Assembly: GCA_044432785.1 (NCBI GenBank)
Contig: JAWXUK010000001.1
Span: 145 to 64,144, forward strand
Origin: Eubacteriales bacterium
Lineage (GTDB): Bacteria > Bacillota > Clostridia > Oscillospirales > Oscillospiraceae
DNA: 64,000 bases
Direction: 5' to 3'
Shown here: one piece after another, positions 55,287-64,000 of the stretch
Layout: the number at the start of each line of letters is the position of its first letter
Position numbering within the stretch: position 1 is the first letter of the stretch
The notes under the pieces: generated by a model
Seen by the model: only the letters and a program-made list of their open reading frames with translations
Database searches by the model: none
Told to the model about the DNA's origin: nothing
Program-made: the position numbers and the translations under genes

Positions 55287-56495
55287 ATGCCTGAAAAGAA
55301 AATAATTCCCATTATCTTTGCCACAGATGATGGCTATGCCCCGTACCTTGGGGTTGCACTTCATTCCTTGATTGTCCATGCCAGTACAGAACTTGAATAT
55401 CTTGTGCATATTTTATACACAAAATTGGCCGCAGAACATAGAAGACGGCTGTGTAACATGGCGCAAAGCCATGTGCGGGTGGAGTGTGTGGATATACGAG
55501 AGAAAACCGATATCTTCAAAACTTATAGTACCTCGAAACACTTTAAAGTTGAGTCTACTTATCGCTTGTTGATACCAGAACTTTTCTCGCAATTTGATAA
55601 AATTTTGTATTTAGATTGTGATATTATCGTGCGAGAGGATGTGGCGCTTTTATACCAAACGGATCTTGGAGAAAATGTTTTAGGGGTTGGGGAAGTTGTT
55701 ATGGGACCAGAATTCAAACTCCATTTTCAAACAGTGTTAGGGGTAGAGGAAGAAGAGGGATTTAATTCGGGTGTTTTGCTTGTTAATACAAAGCAGTTTC
55801 AAAGAGAAGGTATCAAGGAAAAATGCCTGAATTTATTATTGGAAGATTGGGAGTCAGTAGAAAAAAAATATATTTATCCGGATCAAGATGTATTGAATAT
55901 CACTTGTACTGGAAAAACAAAAAAATTCCCAATTTCTTGGAATTTCGAGTGGTTGTATTCTTTAGAGGGAGAAGACATAGACACAAGTCTCTATGAGTTA
56001 TCACAATCAAGCCTTAAAATATACGAAGAAAATGTAGAAGACCCCAAAATTATCCACTATATCTCGCCAATAAAACCTTGGAATAGACCAGACCTTCCTT
56101 TTGCGGATATATTTTGGCGTTTTGCTAGGGAAACGGTATTTTATGAAGAAATCTTAAAAAATGTCATGGTTACCACGGTGAAGAAAGCCCCAAACCCTGC
56201 CACTTTTCCATGGAAAGAGGTTCCTGCGGGCTCTGTCATCGTGATTTATGGGGGTGGCTACTTAGGTAGAAATCATCTAGAGCTGATGGTAAAGACAAAT
56301 TATTGCTTTGTAGCCGCCATTTGCGACCAAAATGCAAAGAGAATCAAAGATTTTCTCCTTCCTGTTGTGAGAAAAGAAGAGCTTTCCTCTCTGTCATTTG
56401 ATTACATCATTATTTCTCTTATGGATAGTGACGTGAAAGAAGCGGTAAAACGAGATTTGATAGAGCTTGGTATTGCACCTGAAAAAATAAAGTAA
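55287..56495 (+). CDS. GT8 (LgtC-like retaining) glycosyltransferase with the C-terminal module
   Basis: IPIIFATDDGYAPYLGV, YLDCDIIV (DxD), FNSGVLLVN and DQDVLN. The module VIVIYGGGYLGRN...LIELGIAPEKI lies at about 56229-56492. Confidence 0.85.
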   Translation: MPEKKIIPIIFATDDGYAPYLGVALHSLIVHASTELEYLVHILYTKLAAEHRRRLCNMAQSHVRVECVDIREKTDIFKTYSTSKHFKVESTYRLLIPELFSQFDKILYLDCDIIVREDVALLYQTDLGENVLGVGEVVMGPEFKLHFQTVLGVEEEEGFNSGVLLVNTKQFQREGIKEKCLNLLLEDWESVEKKYIYPDQDVLNITCTGKTKKFPISWNFEWLYSLEGEDIDTSLYELSQSSLKIYEENVEDPKIIHYISPIKPWNRPDLPFADIFWRFARETVFYEEILKNVMVTTVKKAPNPATFPWKEVPAGSVIVIYGGGYLGRNHLELMVKTNYCFVAAICDQNAKRIKDFLLPVVRKEELSSLSFDYIIISLMDSDVKEAVKRDLIELGIAPEKIK

Positions 56496-56511
56496 GCAAA
56501 GAGGTTATTTC

Positions 56512-57849
56512 ATGAAAATTGCAGTCATCGGCACGGGTTATGTTGGACTTGTCACAGGCACTTGTTTTGCAGAGATGGGAAACGATGTGTGGTGTGTTGA
56601 CGTAGATCAAAAAAAGGTAGACAACTTAAAGAAGGGGATCATCCCCATTTTTGAAAACGGGCTCGAGGAAATGGTCAAGACCAATGTGGGGCAAAATTGC
56701 CTGAAATTTACCACAAAACTATCCGAATCCATCGAAAAAGCGCAAATTTGTTTCATCGCAGTGGGCACCCCTATGACCGAGGATGGCAGTGCGGATTTGC
56801 AGTATGTCCTCGCAGTCGCAAAAGAAATTGGACAGACCATGTGCCATCACATGTATATTGTGGATAAATCCACCGTTCCCGTGGGGACAGGGGAGAAGGT
56901 GGCACAGACCGTCCAAAAAGAGTTGGATCTCCGTGGAAGTGACCTTACATTTGATGTGATTTCTAATCCCGAATTTTTAAAAGAGGGAAATGCCGTCACC
57001 GACTGCATGAAGCCCGATCGCATCGTGATTGGAGTGGAATCGGAAGCCGCCAAGGAGATTATGGCGGAATTGTATAAACCTTACGTCAGACACACCGAAA
57101 CCTTCATCATTATGGACGTAAAAAGTGCGGAAATGACGAAATATACCGCCAATGCCATGCTTGCCACGAAAATTTCTTTCATGAACGAAATTGCGAATAT
57201 TTGCGAGCGAGTGGGGGCTGATGTCAACCGAGTGCGAGAGGGAATTGGAAGCGATAAGCGAATTGGATATCATTTTATCTATCCAGGTTGCGGATATGGG
57301 GGGAGCTGTTTCCCAAAAGATGTTCAAGCTTTGCTCAAAACCTCCACCGATTTTGGGTATCAACCTCGCCTCCTTCAAGCGGTGGAAGATGTCAATGCGG
57401 ATCAAAAACATCTACTTCCCACGAAAATCAAGAGATATTATAAGGGAGACCTGAAGGGAAAGGTTTTTGCTATTTGGGGGCTTGCTTTCAAGCCCGATAC
57501 CGACGATATGCGGGAATCCCCATCTATTTCCATCATCAAAGAACTGTTGGCAGAAGGTGCTTCGGTTCAGGTCTATGACCCAAAGGCGATGGAGGAAGCA
57601 AAGTCGCATTATCTGAAGGATCTTGAGAATATCACTTATTTTTCAAATAAATACGACGTATTAAACGGGGCGGATGCCGTGGTTTTGGTCACCGAATGGA
57701 AGGAATTTCGCAGTCCCGACTTTTACGAGATGGAAGAGCGGTTGAAGGAAGCGGTCATTTTTGACGGACGTAACCAGTACGACAGTGCCAAAATGAATAA
57801 ATATGGGTTCACTTACTGCCAAATCGGCGTAAATGAGGGGGATTTATGA
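56512..57849 (+). CDS. ugd: UDP-glucose 6-dehydrogenase
   Basis: [14 protein letters not shown] and GGSCFPKD, the catalytic Cys motif. 445 aa. Confidence 0.9.
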   Translation: MKIAVIGTGYVGLVTGTCFAEMGNDVWCVDVDQKKVDNLKKGIIPIFENGLEEMVKTNVGQNCLKFTTKLSESIEKAQICFIAVGTPMTEDGSADLQYVLAVAKEIGQTMCHHMYIVDKSTVPVGTGEKVAQTVQKELDLRGSDLTFDVISNPEFLKEGNAVTDCMKPDRIVIGVESEAAKEIMAELYKPYVRHTETFIIMDVKSAEMTKYTANAMLATKISFMNEIANICERVGADVNRVREGIGSDKRIGYHFIYPGCGYGGSCFPKDVQALLKTSTDFGYQPRLLQAVEDVNADQKHLLPTKIKRYYKGDLKGKVFAIWGLAFKPDTDDMRESPSISIIKELLAEGASVQVYDPKAMEEAKSHYLKDLENITYFSNKYDVLNGADAVVLVTEWKEFRSPDFYEMEERLKEAVIFDGRNQYDSAKMNKYGFTYCQIGVNEGDL

Positions 57850-58784
57850 TGAAAAAAACCATCTTGGTCACAGGGGGAGCAGGTTTTGTGGGCTCTCACC
57901 TGTGTGAGCGCTTGCTCAAAGAGGGGAATGAAGTCATATGTGTGGATAATTTCTTCACAGGTCGAAAAGTCAACATTGCGCATCTGATGAGAAACCCAAA
58001 TTTCGAGGTGATTCGCCACGATGTTGTGCACCCTCTATCAGTGCAAGTGGATCAAATCTACAACCTTGCTTGCCCTGCCAGTCCCCCACACTATCAGTAT
58101 GACCCCATCCACACCGGGAAGACCTCGGTACTTGGGTCGCTCAACCTCCTTGAGCTTGCTCGTGGGTGCAAGGCTCGGATTCTGCAAGCCTCCACCTCGG
58201 AGGTCTACGGCGATCCAGAGGTACACCCTCAACCAGAAAGTTATCGTGGAAATGTGAACACCGTGGGGATTCGGTCCTGCTACGATGAAGGGAAGCGCAT
58301 GGCGGAGACCTTTTGCCATGATTTCCACCAAGTTCATGGGGTTGAGATTAGAATTGCTCGCATTTTCAACACTTATGGACCCAATATGAACCCAGAAGAT
58401 GGCAGAGTGGTGAGCAATTTTATCATGCAAGCACTCCGTGGAGAAAATATCACCATTTACGGCGATGGCAGCCAAACCCGTAGTTTTTGCTATGTGGATG
58501 ACCTGGTTGATGGTCTGATTCGTTTGATGAATTCAGACAAAGAGTTCGTTTCTCCATGCAATCTTGGAAATCCGATTGAATTTAACGTCAAAGAGCTCGC
58601 AGAGCTGATTGTCAAGGAAATTGGGAGCGATTCTCAACTGGTCTATCAGCCACTGCCACAGGACGACCCACTTCAGCGAAAGCCTGTGATTGCACTTGCG
58701 AAGGAGAAATTGGGATGGGAGCCAAAGGTGGAGCTCATAGAGGGGCTAAAGAAGACTATCGAGTATTTTAGGGAGAATGGTTAG
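57846..58784 (+). CDS. UDP-glucuronate decarboxylase (UDP-xylose synthase)
   Basis: [39 protein letters not shown] and the typical UXS length. ATGA overlap with ugd. Confidence 0.85.
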   Translation: MMKKTILVTGGAGFVGSHLCERLLKEGNEVICVDNFFTGRKVNIAHLMRNPNFEVIRHDVVHPLSVQVDQIYNLACPASPPHYQYDPIHTGKTSVLGSLNLLELARGCKARILQASTSEVYGDPEVHPQPESYRGNVNTVGIRSCYDEGKRMAETFCHDFHQVHGVEIRIARIFNTYGPNMNPEDGRVVSNFIMQALRGENITIYGDGSQTRSFCYVDDLVDGLIRLMNSDKEFVSPCNLGNPIEFNVKELAELIVKEIGSDSQLVYQPLPQDDPLQRKPVIALAKEKLGWEPKVELIEGLKKTIEYFRENG

Positions 58785-59948
58785 ATGGAAAAAAGATTAC
58801 AAGATGCACCAAAAGAAATTTGGGAGTATGATCAGGAATCCTATCAAAGGCTCACAGATCATGATGTGCATTATTCTGAAATGGTGCCTTACGAGCGAAA
58901 ATTTGTTCATGGTCTCATTCGCTACATGAAACCCAAAAGAATTTTAGAGATTGGTGTTGCAGAAGGTGGAGGGAGTGTTGTCATTTTAAATGCCATCGAG
59001 GACACTCCCGAGACCACCCTTACCTCGATCGACCTGATGGAGACCTGTTGGAATGATAGTACCAAAGGGGTGGGATTTGCTTGTTTAGAAAAATATCAAA
59101 GCAACAAACAGTGGGAGATGCATCTAGGAAAAGACCCTTCAGAGATCATCGAAGAGCTCGCAAAAGAGGGGAAATTTGATTTTTTGATTCTAGATACGGC
59201 GCATGTTCATCCCATCGAAAGTTTAAATTTTCTATCCGTATTTCCGTTTTTGACCGAGAATTGCACGATGGTTCTGCATGATATTGGTGAGTATGAGGGA
59301 AATGAGGAGAGATACAGCAATTTTCCTGCTGTTCCATTTGCGTGTAAACTATTATTTGACACCTTGGTCGGTGAAAAGAGAGTGTTACCCCCTTCGAAGT
59401 ATCCGATGGATAGAGTGGTTTCTAATATTGGAGTGTGTCAATTTAACATAGACACTAAAAAATATATCGGAAATATTTTATCTATGCTTCTTTTTCCATG
59501 GGGATTGCAACCAGATAGAGTGGATAGTATTTTCGCATTATTAGAGAGATACTATGATGAGGACGCTGTGCAAACTTTGGAGCGGAGCTATCAATACAAT
59601 CGTTTTTTCGAGCTAGGATGGGGACAGACACGGAATAACAATCCCCTGCATTACAATAAAAAGAAGATTATATTCTATGGATATGGAGACTTTTTTCAAA
59701 AGCTGTGGAACACGCCTTCTTTTTTCTCGGAACCAATTGTAGAAGTATGGGACAAGGCAGACAAAGAGAGTACGGAAGAGGGATTACTCCTTCGAAAACC
59801 CGATTATAACTCGACTGAAAAAGAGGAAATTTTAATTGTTTTGTCCACTGCACCCAAGGATATCGAGGTTCAGGAGAGTATCAAAGCAGAGCTCAAGGGG
59901 TATGGGTTCCCTCGTGTGGTTCATTATTTAGAGTTGGATAGGGCATAG
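58785..59948 (+). CDS. Class I SAM-dependent methyltransferase (CmcI/Methyltransf_24-like) with the C-terminal module
   Basis: ILEIGVAEGGGS...FDFLILDTAH. The module IIFYGYGDFFQK... lies at about 59658-59945. Confidence 0.7.
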   Translation: MEKRLQDAPKEIWEYDQESYQRLTDHDVHYSEMVPYERKFVHGLIRYMKPKRILEIGVAEGGGSVVILNAIEDTPETTLTSIDLMETCWNDSTKGVGFACLEKYQSNKQWEMHLGKDPSEIIEELAKEGKFDFLILDTAHVHPIESLNFLSVFPFLTENCTMVLHDIGEYEGNEERYSNFPAVPFACKLLFDTLVGEKRVLPPSKYPMDRVVSNIGVCQFNIDTKKYIGNILSMLLFPWGLQPDRVDSIFALLERYYDEDAVQTLERSYQYNRFFELGWGQTRNNNPLHYNKKKIIFYGYGDFFQKLWNTPSFFSEPIVEVWDKADKESTEEGLLLRKPDYNSTEKEEILIVLSTAPKDIEVQESIKAELKGYGFPRVVHYLELDRA

Positions 59949-59998
59949 GTTTTTCATTTAAAGTAGTATCCATGAATTTATTGGTAGGAGGCGAACTC

Positions 59999-61363
59999 AT
60001 GAGTCAGATCACAAAAAAACAAATACTAGAAATTCTAGAAGACATCAAAGAGGGGACCCATTCCCTTCGTGACCTAAAAGAAGAGTCCTTATCCTCGGTC
60101 TGGATGGAAAACATTCCGGTCTTTGGTCAGCTTATTTGTATGGTAGGGGATCATTTACTGGAATTGAGTGAGGAATATGCGCCTTTAGTGGAACTCATCG
60201 AGGGATATTGTCTCAACTTGCAGAAAATCGAAACAGAAAATCTGGAGATAAAAGAGAGAAAAAAAACCGCCAAAGAAATGTTGGATCTTTTGCAAAAATT
60301 GCAATTTGAATGCAAAAAACGATTGCCAGAGGATCGCAAAAAACTAGTCTTTTTTCCATATCTATATGCGATGTGGGATTCACTGGAGAGCATTTGGCGA
60401 GCAGCGGTAGAGAGTGGAGAATACGATGTTTTGGTGGTACCCATTCCCTATTATGAGAAAAATCCAGACGGCTCTTTTGGCAAAATGAATTATGATGGAC
60501 AACTCTATCCAGATGAAGTGCAAGTGGTGGACTGGAAAAGTTATGATGTGGCAGCACAAAAACCAGATGTTGCCTATGTGCACAATCCCTATGACGACAT
60601 GAATTATGTGACCAGTATTCATCCTAATTTTTATAGCAAAAACCTCAAGGAGCATGTTGGGTCCTTGGTGTATGTTCCTTATTTTGTCTGCGTGAATGAT
60701 GTGATTACCGAGGATTATTGTGTGAATCCTGTCACAATTTCGGCGGATTATATCATTGTGCAGTCAGAAATAGTGAAAGAAGCGTATGTGGATGCGCTAT
60801 ATCAGTTTGGGAAAAGTAATCAATTATCGTGGAACAAAAGGGAGATTAGCAAAAGAATCCTTCCTTTAGGTAGCCCTAAGTACGATAGTGTCAAACAAGA
60901 CAGTGAGTTCGATATTCCAAAAGAGTGGGAATCTGTCCTCTATAAAGAAGATGGCATAGCAAAAAAAGTGATCTTCCTCAACAGCACGTTGAGCACTGTG
61001 CTCGCCCTTGGGGAGGAGGCTCTTGATAAGCTAGAGGATAATCTTGCTACCTTTGAGCAAAAACAAGACAGGATAGCACTATTGTGGCGACCCCATCCTC
61101 TGATGGAGAGTACTCTTAAATCTATGCGCCCTCAGTGGTATCAACGATATCTCTCCATCGTGAAGGGGTATCGAAACGGTAACTGGGGAATCTTTGATGA
61201 CAGCAAAGACTTTACTCGTGCTGTGGCAGTCAGTGATGCCTATTATGGCGATCATGCAAGTTCTGTGGTGGACGTCTTTGAGAAGGCGGGAAAACCAATT
61301 ATGATGCAAAACTATAAAATATTATATCAAAGCGAATACCATGAAAAAGAGGGGGTGGGGTGA
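59999..61363 (+). CDS. TagB/TagF-like CDP-alditol (glycerol/ribitol) phosphotransferase candidate
   Basis: The C-terminal LWRPHPL...VSDAYYGDHASSVVDVFEKAGKPIM resembles the HP and SS motifs of Glyphos_transf enzymes. ATG 59999 has RBS TAGGAGG. Confidence 0.5.
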   Translation: MSQITKKQILEILEDIKEGTHSLRDLKEESLSSVWMENIPVFGQLICMVGDHLLELSEEYAPLVELIEGYCLNLQKIETENLEIKERKKTAKEMLDLLQKLQFECKKRLPEDRKKLVFFPYLYAMWDSLESIWRAAVESGEYDVLVVPIPYYEKNPDGSFGKMNYDGQLYPDEVQVVDWKSYDVAAQKPDVAYVHNPYDDMNYVTSIHPNFYSKNLKEHVGSLVYVPYFVCVNDVITEDYCVNPVTISADYIIVQSEIVKEAYVDALYQFGKSNQLSWNKREISKRILPLGSPKYDSVKQDSEFDIPKEWESVLYKEDGIAKKVIFLNSTLSTVLALGEEALDKLEDNLATFEQKQDRIALLWRPHPLMESTLKSMRPQWYQRYLSIVKGYRNGNWGIFDDSKDFTRAVAVSDAYYGDHASSVVDVFEKAGKPIMMQNYKILYQSEYHEKEGVG

Positions 61364-62580
61364 TGAGTTTTTCGTTAATGCCAAATGGAATTTATGAAGA
61401 TGAGCAGTATTACTGGTTTCCAGAAATGCAGTTTAACGCGTTTTATCGTGTTGATAAAGAAACTAGGGTGCCGGAGCTACTCTTCCACTTTCCAAATGAG
61501 GCACTTGAGACTGAGAGATTATATACTCAACCGGTTAAAGTAGGGGATTGGTTTGTCTTTTCTCCAATAAGTGCCAAATCGCTTTTTCTGTATAATGTTC
61601 TAACAGGGGAACAAAAAAATATTCCACTTAAACCTGTGAGCGAAACGAAAAAAATCGAATATATAGAAGGTTTGAAATTTTCCGTCCCTGTGGTGCGCGG
61701 AGATATCGTTTACTTTTTCCCGTTAACTTACCCTGCTATCCTGAAATTGGATCTTAACACGATGAAAGTGTACTATTTAACCACTTGGGTGAAGCAACTA
61801 GAAAAGCAGATTGTGCAACACCAATCCACTCAGACAATTTTATATTTTAATGGTAGATACCTTAATGATGTAGATAGCAGGAAAGTTCTGTTTACTTGTG
61901 GGGGTAGCGCAGTTGTATTCGAGTTTGACTTCAATCTTGAAACAGGGATCGTTCATAACTTACAGGGGGATGTCGCTGTATTTCAGCGGATCATATATGA
62001 TGGCAGTAACTATTGGTTGACGCCTAGTATAGGCAATCTTCTCACAAAATGGAACAAAGAGACCGGAGAGATCACTACTTTTCCTATAATAGACCAGTGG
62101 AATCATCCTTGGCCCATTGTGGGTGTATCCTTTAAGTATAACGAAGGTATTTATATGCTGACGACAAAAGATAGTCATTGTTATCGATTGAATTTAAAAG
62201 AAGAAAGAATAGAACAATTGGGATTCCTTGAGCCTGTGATACAGCAAGAGAAAACCGATCAAGTCATCTATTACACTTACGATATCTTCTCGAATATGGT
62301 GGAAAAGGAACATTTGTGCTTTGTCAGTGCTCGAGATTTTCGTTGGTATACCATAAATCTTGAGACCGAAGAGGTCACTTCCTTCGCACTAGAAGTTGAT
62401 GAAAGTGCGCAGAGTATCATTTCGGATCAAATTGCACCCTATAAGTACGAGTGTATAGCGCGTGGAATTTCAGAATTTGTCAATTTTCTGGATGAACGTA
62501 TTTCAAAGGAACACATTGTAGTCAAACGCAGTGACACCATAGGGGATACCATTTTGGAGGCGACTACGACCTCTAAGTGA
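61360..62580 (+). CDS. Hypothetical protein (406 aa), possibly a beta-rich or propeller fold
   Basis: 4-nt overlap with the TagF-like gene. Aromatic-rich with a repetitive beta-strand-like pattern. No motif recognised. Confidence 0.45.
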   Translation: MMSFSLMPNGIYEDEQYYWFPEMQFNAFYRVDKETRVPELLFHFPNEALETERLYTQPVKVGDWFVFSPISAKSLFLYNVLTGEQKNIPLKPVSETKKIEYIEGLKFSVPVVRGDIVYFFPLTYPAILKLDLNTMKVYYLTTWVKQLEKQIVQHQSTQTILYFNGRYLNDVDSRKVLFTCGGSAVVFEFDFNLETGIVHNLQGDVAVFQRIIYDGSNYWLTPSIGNLLTKWNKETGEITTFPIIDQWNHPWPIVGVSFKYNEGIYMLTTKDSHCYRLNLKEERIEQLGFLEPVIQQEKTDQVIYYTYDIFSNMVEKEHLCFVSARDFRWYTINLETEEVTSFALEVDESAQSIISDQIAPYKYECIARGISEFVNFLDERISKEHIVVKRSDTIGDTILEATTTSK

Positions 62581-62616
62581 ATCTGTCAAAAAATTTACAG
62601 TGAGTTCCTCCCCAGA

Positions 62617-63330
62617 TCAAGCTCTCCGAACCTTATCCTTCATGAGATAGCCCTGCCTTTTTATAGCAGGTGGCAGCCACTCGTTGGCGGAATAAATTCT
62701 TCTATTTTTTAGTAAAAACCCAGAAAAGTCGGGCTTTGTACGTCCAAACATGTTCACGCATTTGGCGTTGTTATGACACCGCCCACCCGCAGAATTCATA
62801 CTTTGAATTAGCTCATTTTCCTTGCTGAAATTCTTGAATTTGTGGCTGGCGCACTGACTTCCACGGTCAGATTGTGGGATACATCCTTTCAAGTCGTGCT
62901 TCTCTAGAGCGTGTTAGTACCTTACAAGGACTAAATCTATTTCCATATTGTCCTTCATCGCTATAACAAGGCATAGATTGTCATAACAGTCGAAAATTCT
63001 ACTTAAATACAAGCTTTTGTCCAAACAAGGTGAATTGTCACGAAGGACAAGAAAAGCCACCCTGGGGGTGCATGGAATTTCAGTAGTGTCGGTTACAACC
63101 ATTTTGCAACGTTTTTCGGCGGTGAATCCTCTGTTTAGACCATTATCTTCTTTTTGTGTATTTTTCATCGCTTTTAGAATTCTGAAGGCTCTCAGCTCTG
63201 GCGTTTATGAACTGACTCCTAATTTTGCTCTCGTGTATATCTTTGTAGCATCTTCTATTCCGGGGGTGTTTCATCCTTGCTGGTTGTTTTACTATATCAC
63301 AGATTTTAGGAAAAAACTTTAACTTTCAAT
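62617..63330 (-). mobile_element. IS3-family transposase (OrfB / rve integrase) remnant with multiple stops
   Basis: Fragments TAEKRCKMVVTDTTE...LYLSRIFDCYDN and QSDRGSQCASHKFKNF...IQSMNSAGGRCHNNAKCVNMF match the DDE core (WVTDITY...YLS.I.DL; HSDRGSQY...QSMSR.GNC.DNA). No intact frame. Confidence 0.65.
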
Positions 63331-63348
63331 GTACCTTATCAGATAGGG

Positions 63349-63468
63349 GATTAAGATTAGGTTTGAGTGTGTCGATATATTTACCAGTGTATGAGGGAAT
63401 GAGTTCGAAAAGAGTCTAAGGATTTGAAAGAAATGGAGCAGGTATTGTGTGCTTGTCGCTGATAAAGT
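63349..63468 (+). repeat. Degenerate copy of the cysQ-like leader and first ~19 codons (homologous to 31288-31406)
   Basis: GATTAAGATTAGGTTTGAGTGTGTCGATATAT...GATTTGAAAGAAATGGAGCAG aligns with GATTAAGTTTAGACCCGAGTATGTCGATATAT...GACTTGAAAGAAATCGAGCAG. The start codon is lost. Confidence 0.7.
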
Positions 63469-63555
63469 AAGATCATTGGGTGTTTTAGGGATAGTCGGTA
63501 AGAAACTTACTAAAACATGATATGATAGATCAACAAGATTTAGAGGAGATAGGGT

Positions 63556-64000
63556 ATGAACTATGAAAAAGAAGAGATCATAGAAAAAATTTCAGGTTGT
63601 CGAGCGAAAAAACTGTGTATTTTTGGTGCAGGAACTAACGGGAAGTTGTTTTGTGAAAAATTTAAAAAGGTGCAGTTTGAAATTGATTCATTTTGTGACA
63701 ATAATTCGGAACTTCATGGTGAATTTATTCATGGTTTTCCTTGTATTTCCCTAGAAATACTACAACAGGATAAAGAGGAAACTTTGGTTGTAGTTTCACC
63801 GGATGAATCCGAAGGGATTGTCAGCCTATTAAAAGAAAAAGGGTTCCCTTTTGTAGTTTTGAAAGACGAAATTAATTTTTATGAGTACTATATAGAAAAT
63901 ATAGAATTAAATATCGTAAATCACTGTGATTTAGATTGTCAATTTTGTAGTCATTTTTCTTCGATTGCACCAGAGTATTGCGTCCCTTTTGAAGCATTAG
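63556..64000 (+). CDS. Radical SAM enzyme with the N-terminal Rossmann-like module; partial, running off the window end, and not in the ORF track
   Basis: Hand translation from ATG 63556 (RBS GAGGAG) gives MNYEKEEIIEKISGCRAKKLCIFGAGTNGKLF...FCDNNSELHGEFIHGFPCIS...NIVNHCDLDCQFCSHF (CxxxCxxC). Confidence 0.7.
   Translation, partial: MNYEKEEIIEKISGCRAKKLCIFGAGTNGKLFCEKFKKVQFEIDSFCDNNSELHGEFIHGFPCISLEILQQDKEETLVVVSPDESEGIVSLLKEKGFPFVVLKDEINFYEYYIENIELNIVNHCDLDCQFCSHFSSIAPEYCVPFEAL

Noticed and set aside
4151-59999. N-terminal extensions given by the ORF track (starts at 4151, 4222, 16896, 21432, 25347, 30750, 34441, 39532, 42662, 51178, 53859 and 59972)
   Set aside because: Nine of the twelve extended starts I checked are GTG or TTG without an RBS (34441, 51178 and 59972 are ATG; 21432 and 16896 were not inspected). 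The internal ATGs have AGGAGG-like RBSs, give canonical family N-termini (for example the MSIITFANQKGGVGKT region or VYWITGLSGSGKT), and several create ATGA stop/start coupling with the upstream gene.
1-64000. A search for CRISPR arrays, tRNA, rRNA and other structured RNA genes
   Set aside because: I found no regularly spaced direct repeats with unique spacers, no tRNA-like cloverleaf segments, and no long non-coding conserved stretches. The only periodic repeats are coding ones (coiled-coil gene, GT2 paralogues) or the iterons and palindromes already listed.

Overview
This 64-kb window comes from a moderate/low-GC replicon that looks Firmicutes (Clostridia)-like. The evidence is AGGAGG-type RBSs, a RepA_N replication initiator, a CD1871A-type mini-protein, and DHHW and TagF-like genes. 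No rRNA, tRNA or CRISPR array was seen.

Layout:
1. 0.2-4.1 kb: an operon of two paralogous, highly charged coiled-coil repeat proteins, flanked by a conserved 35-bp direct-repeat element.
2. 4.2-7.2 kb: redox genes (bacteriohemerythrin, flavin oxidoreductase, TlpA-like lipoprotein, an ORF missing from the ORF track encoding a 47-aa CxxC mini-protein, and a membrane 4Fe-4S protein).
3. 7.3-11.5 kb: a phosphonate operon (LicC-like NTase + HxGH cytidylyltransferase + PEP mutase fusion, Fe-ADH, phosphonopyruvate decarboxylase).
4. 11.7-14.6 kb: a DUF819 membrane protein, a dipeptide epimerase and a flavodoxin-like protein.
5. 14.1-19.9 kb: a plasmid-type maintenance module (ParB, ParA, a CATGAC iteron array, RepA_N) bracketed by five copies of a 16-bp palindrome that is a candidate parS.
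6. 20.1-26.7 kb: a complete Wadjet jetABCD operon.
7. 26.7-28.9 kb: a gene-decay zone (nucleotidyltransferase fragment, 5'-truncated and frameshifted flagellin, IS256-family remnant).
8. 29.1-64 kb: a glycan-decoration locus of more than 30 kb, bounded by a DUF819 3' fragment and an IS3 remnant.

The most interesting content is in that locus:
- It holds a gene set matching, family for family, the Campylobacter jejuni O-methyl-phosphoramidate (MeOPN) donor pathway (Cj1415/1416/1417/1418 plus methyltransferases). It also has a CysQ-like phosphatase and a large candidate transferase.
- A roughly 90-aa Rossmann-like module is fused to the N- or C-terminus of at least 11 enzymes from seven different families.

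All functional calls rest on motif and architecture recognition by eye. No database search was run.
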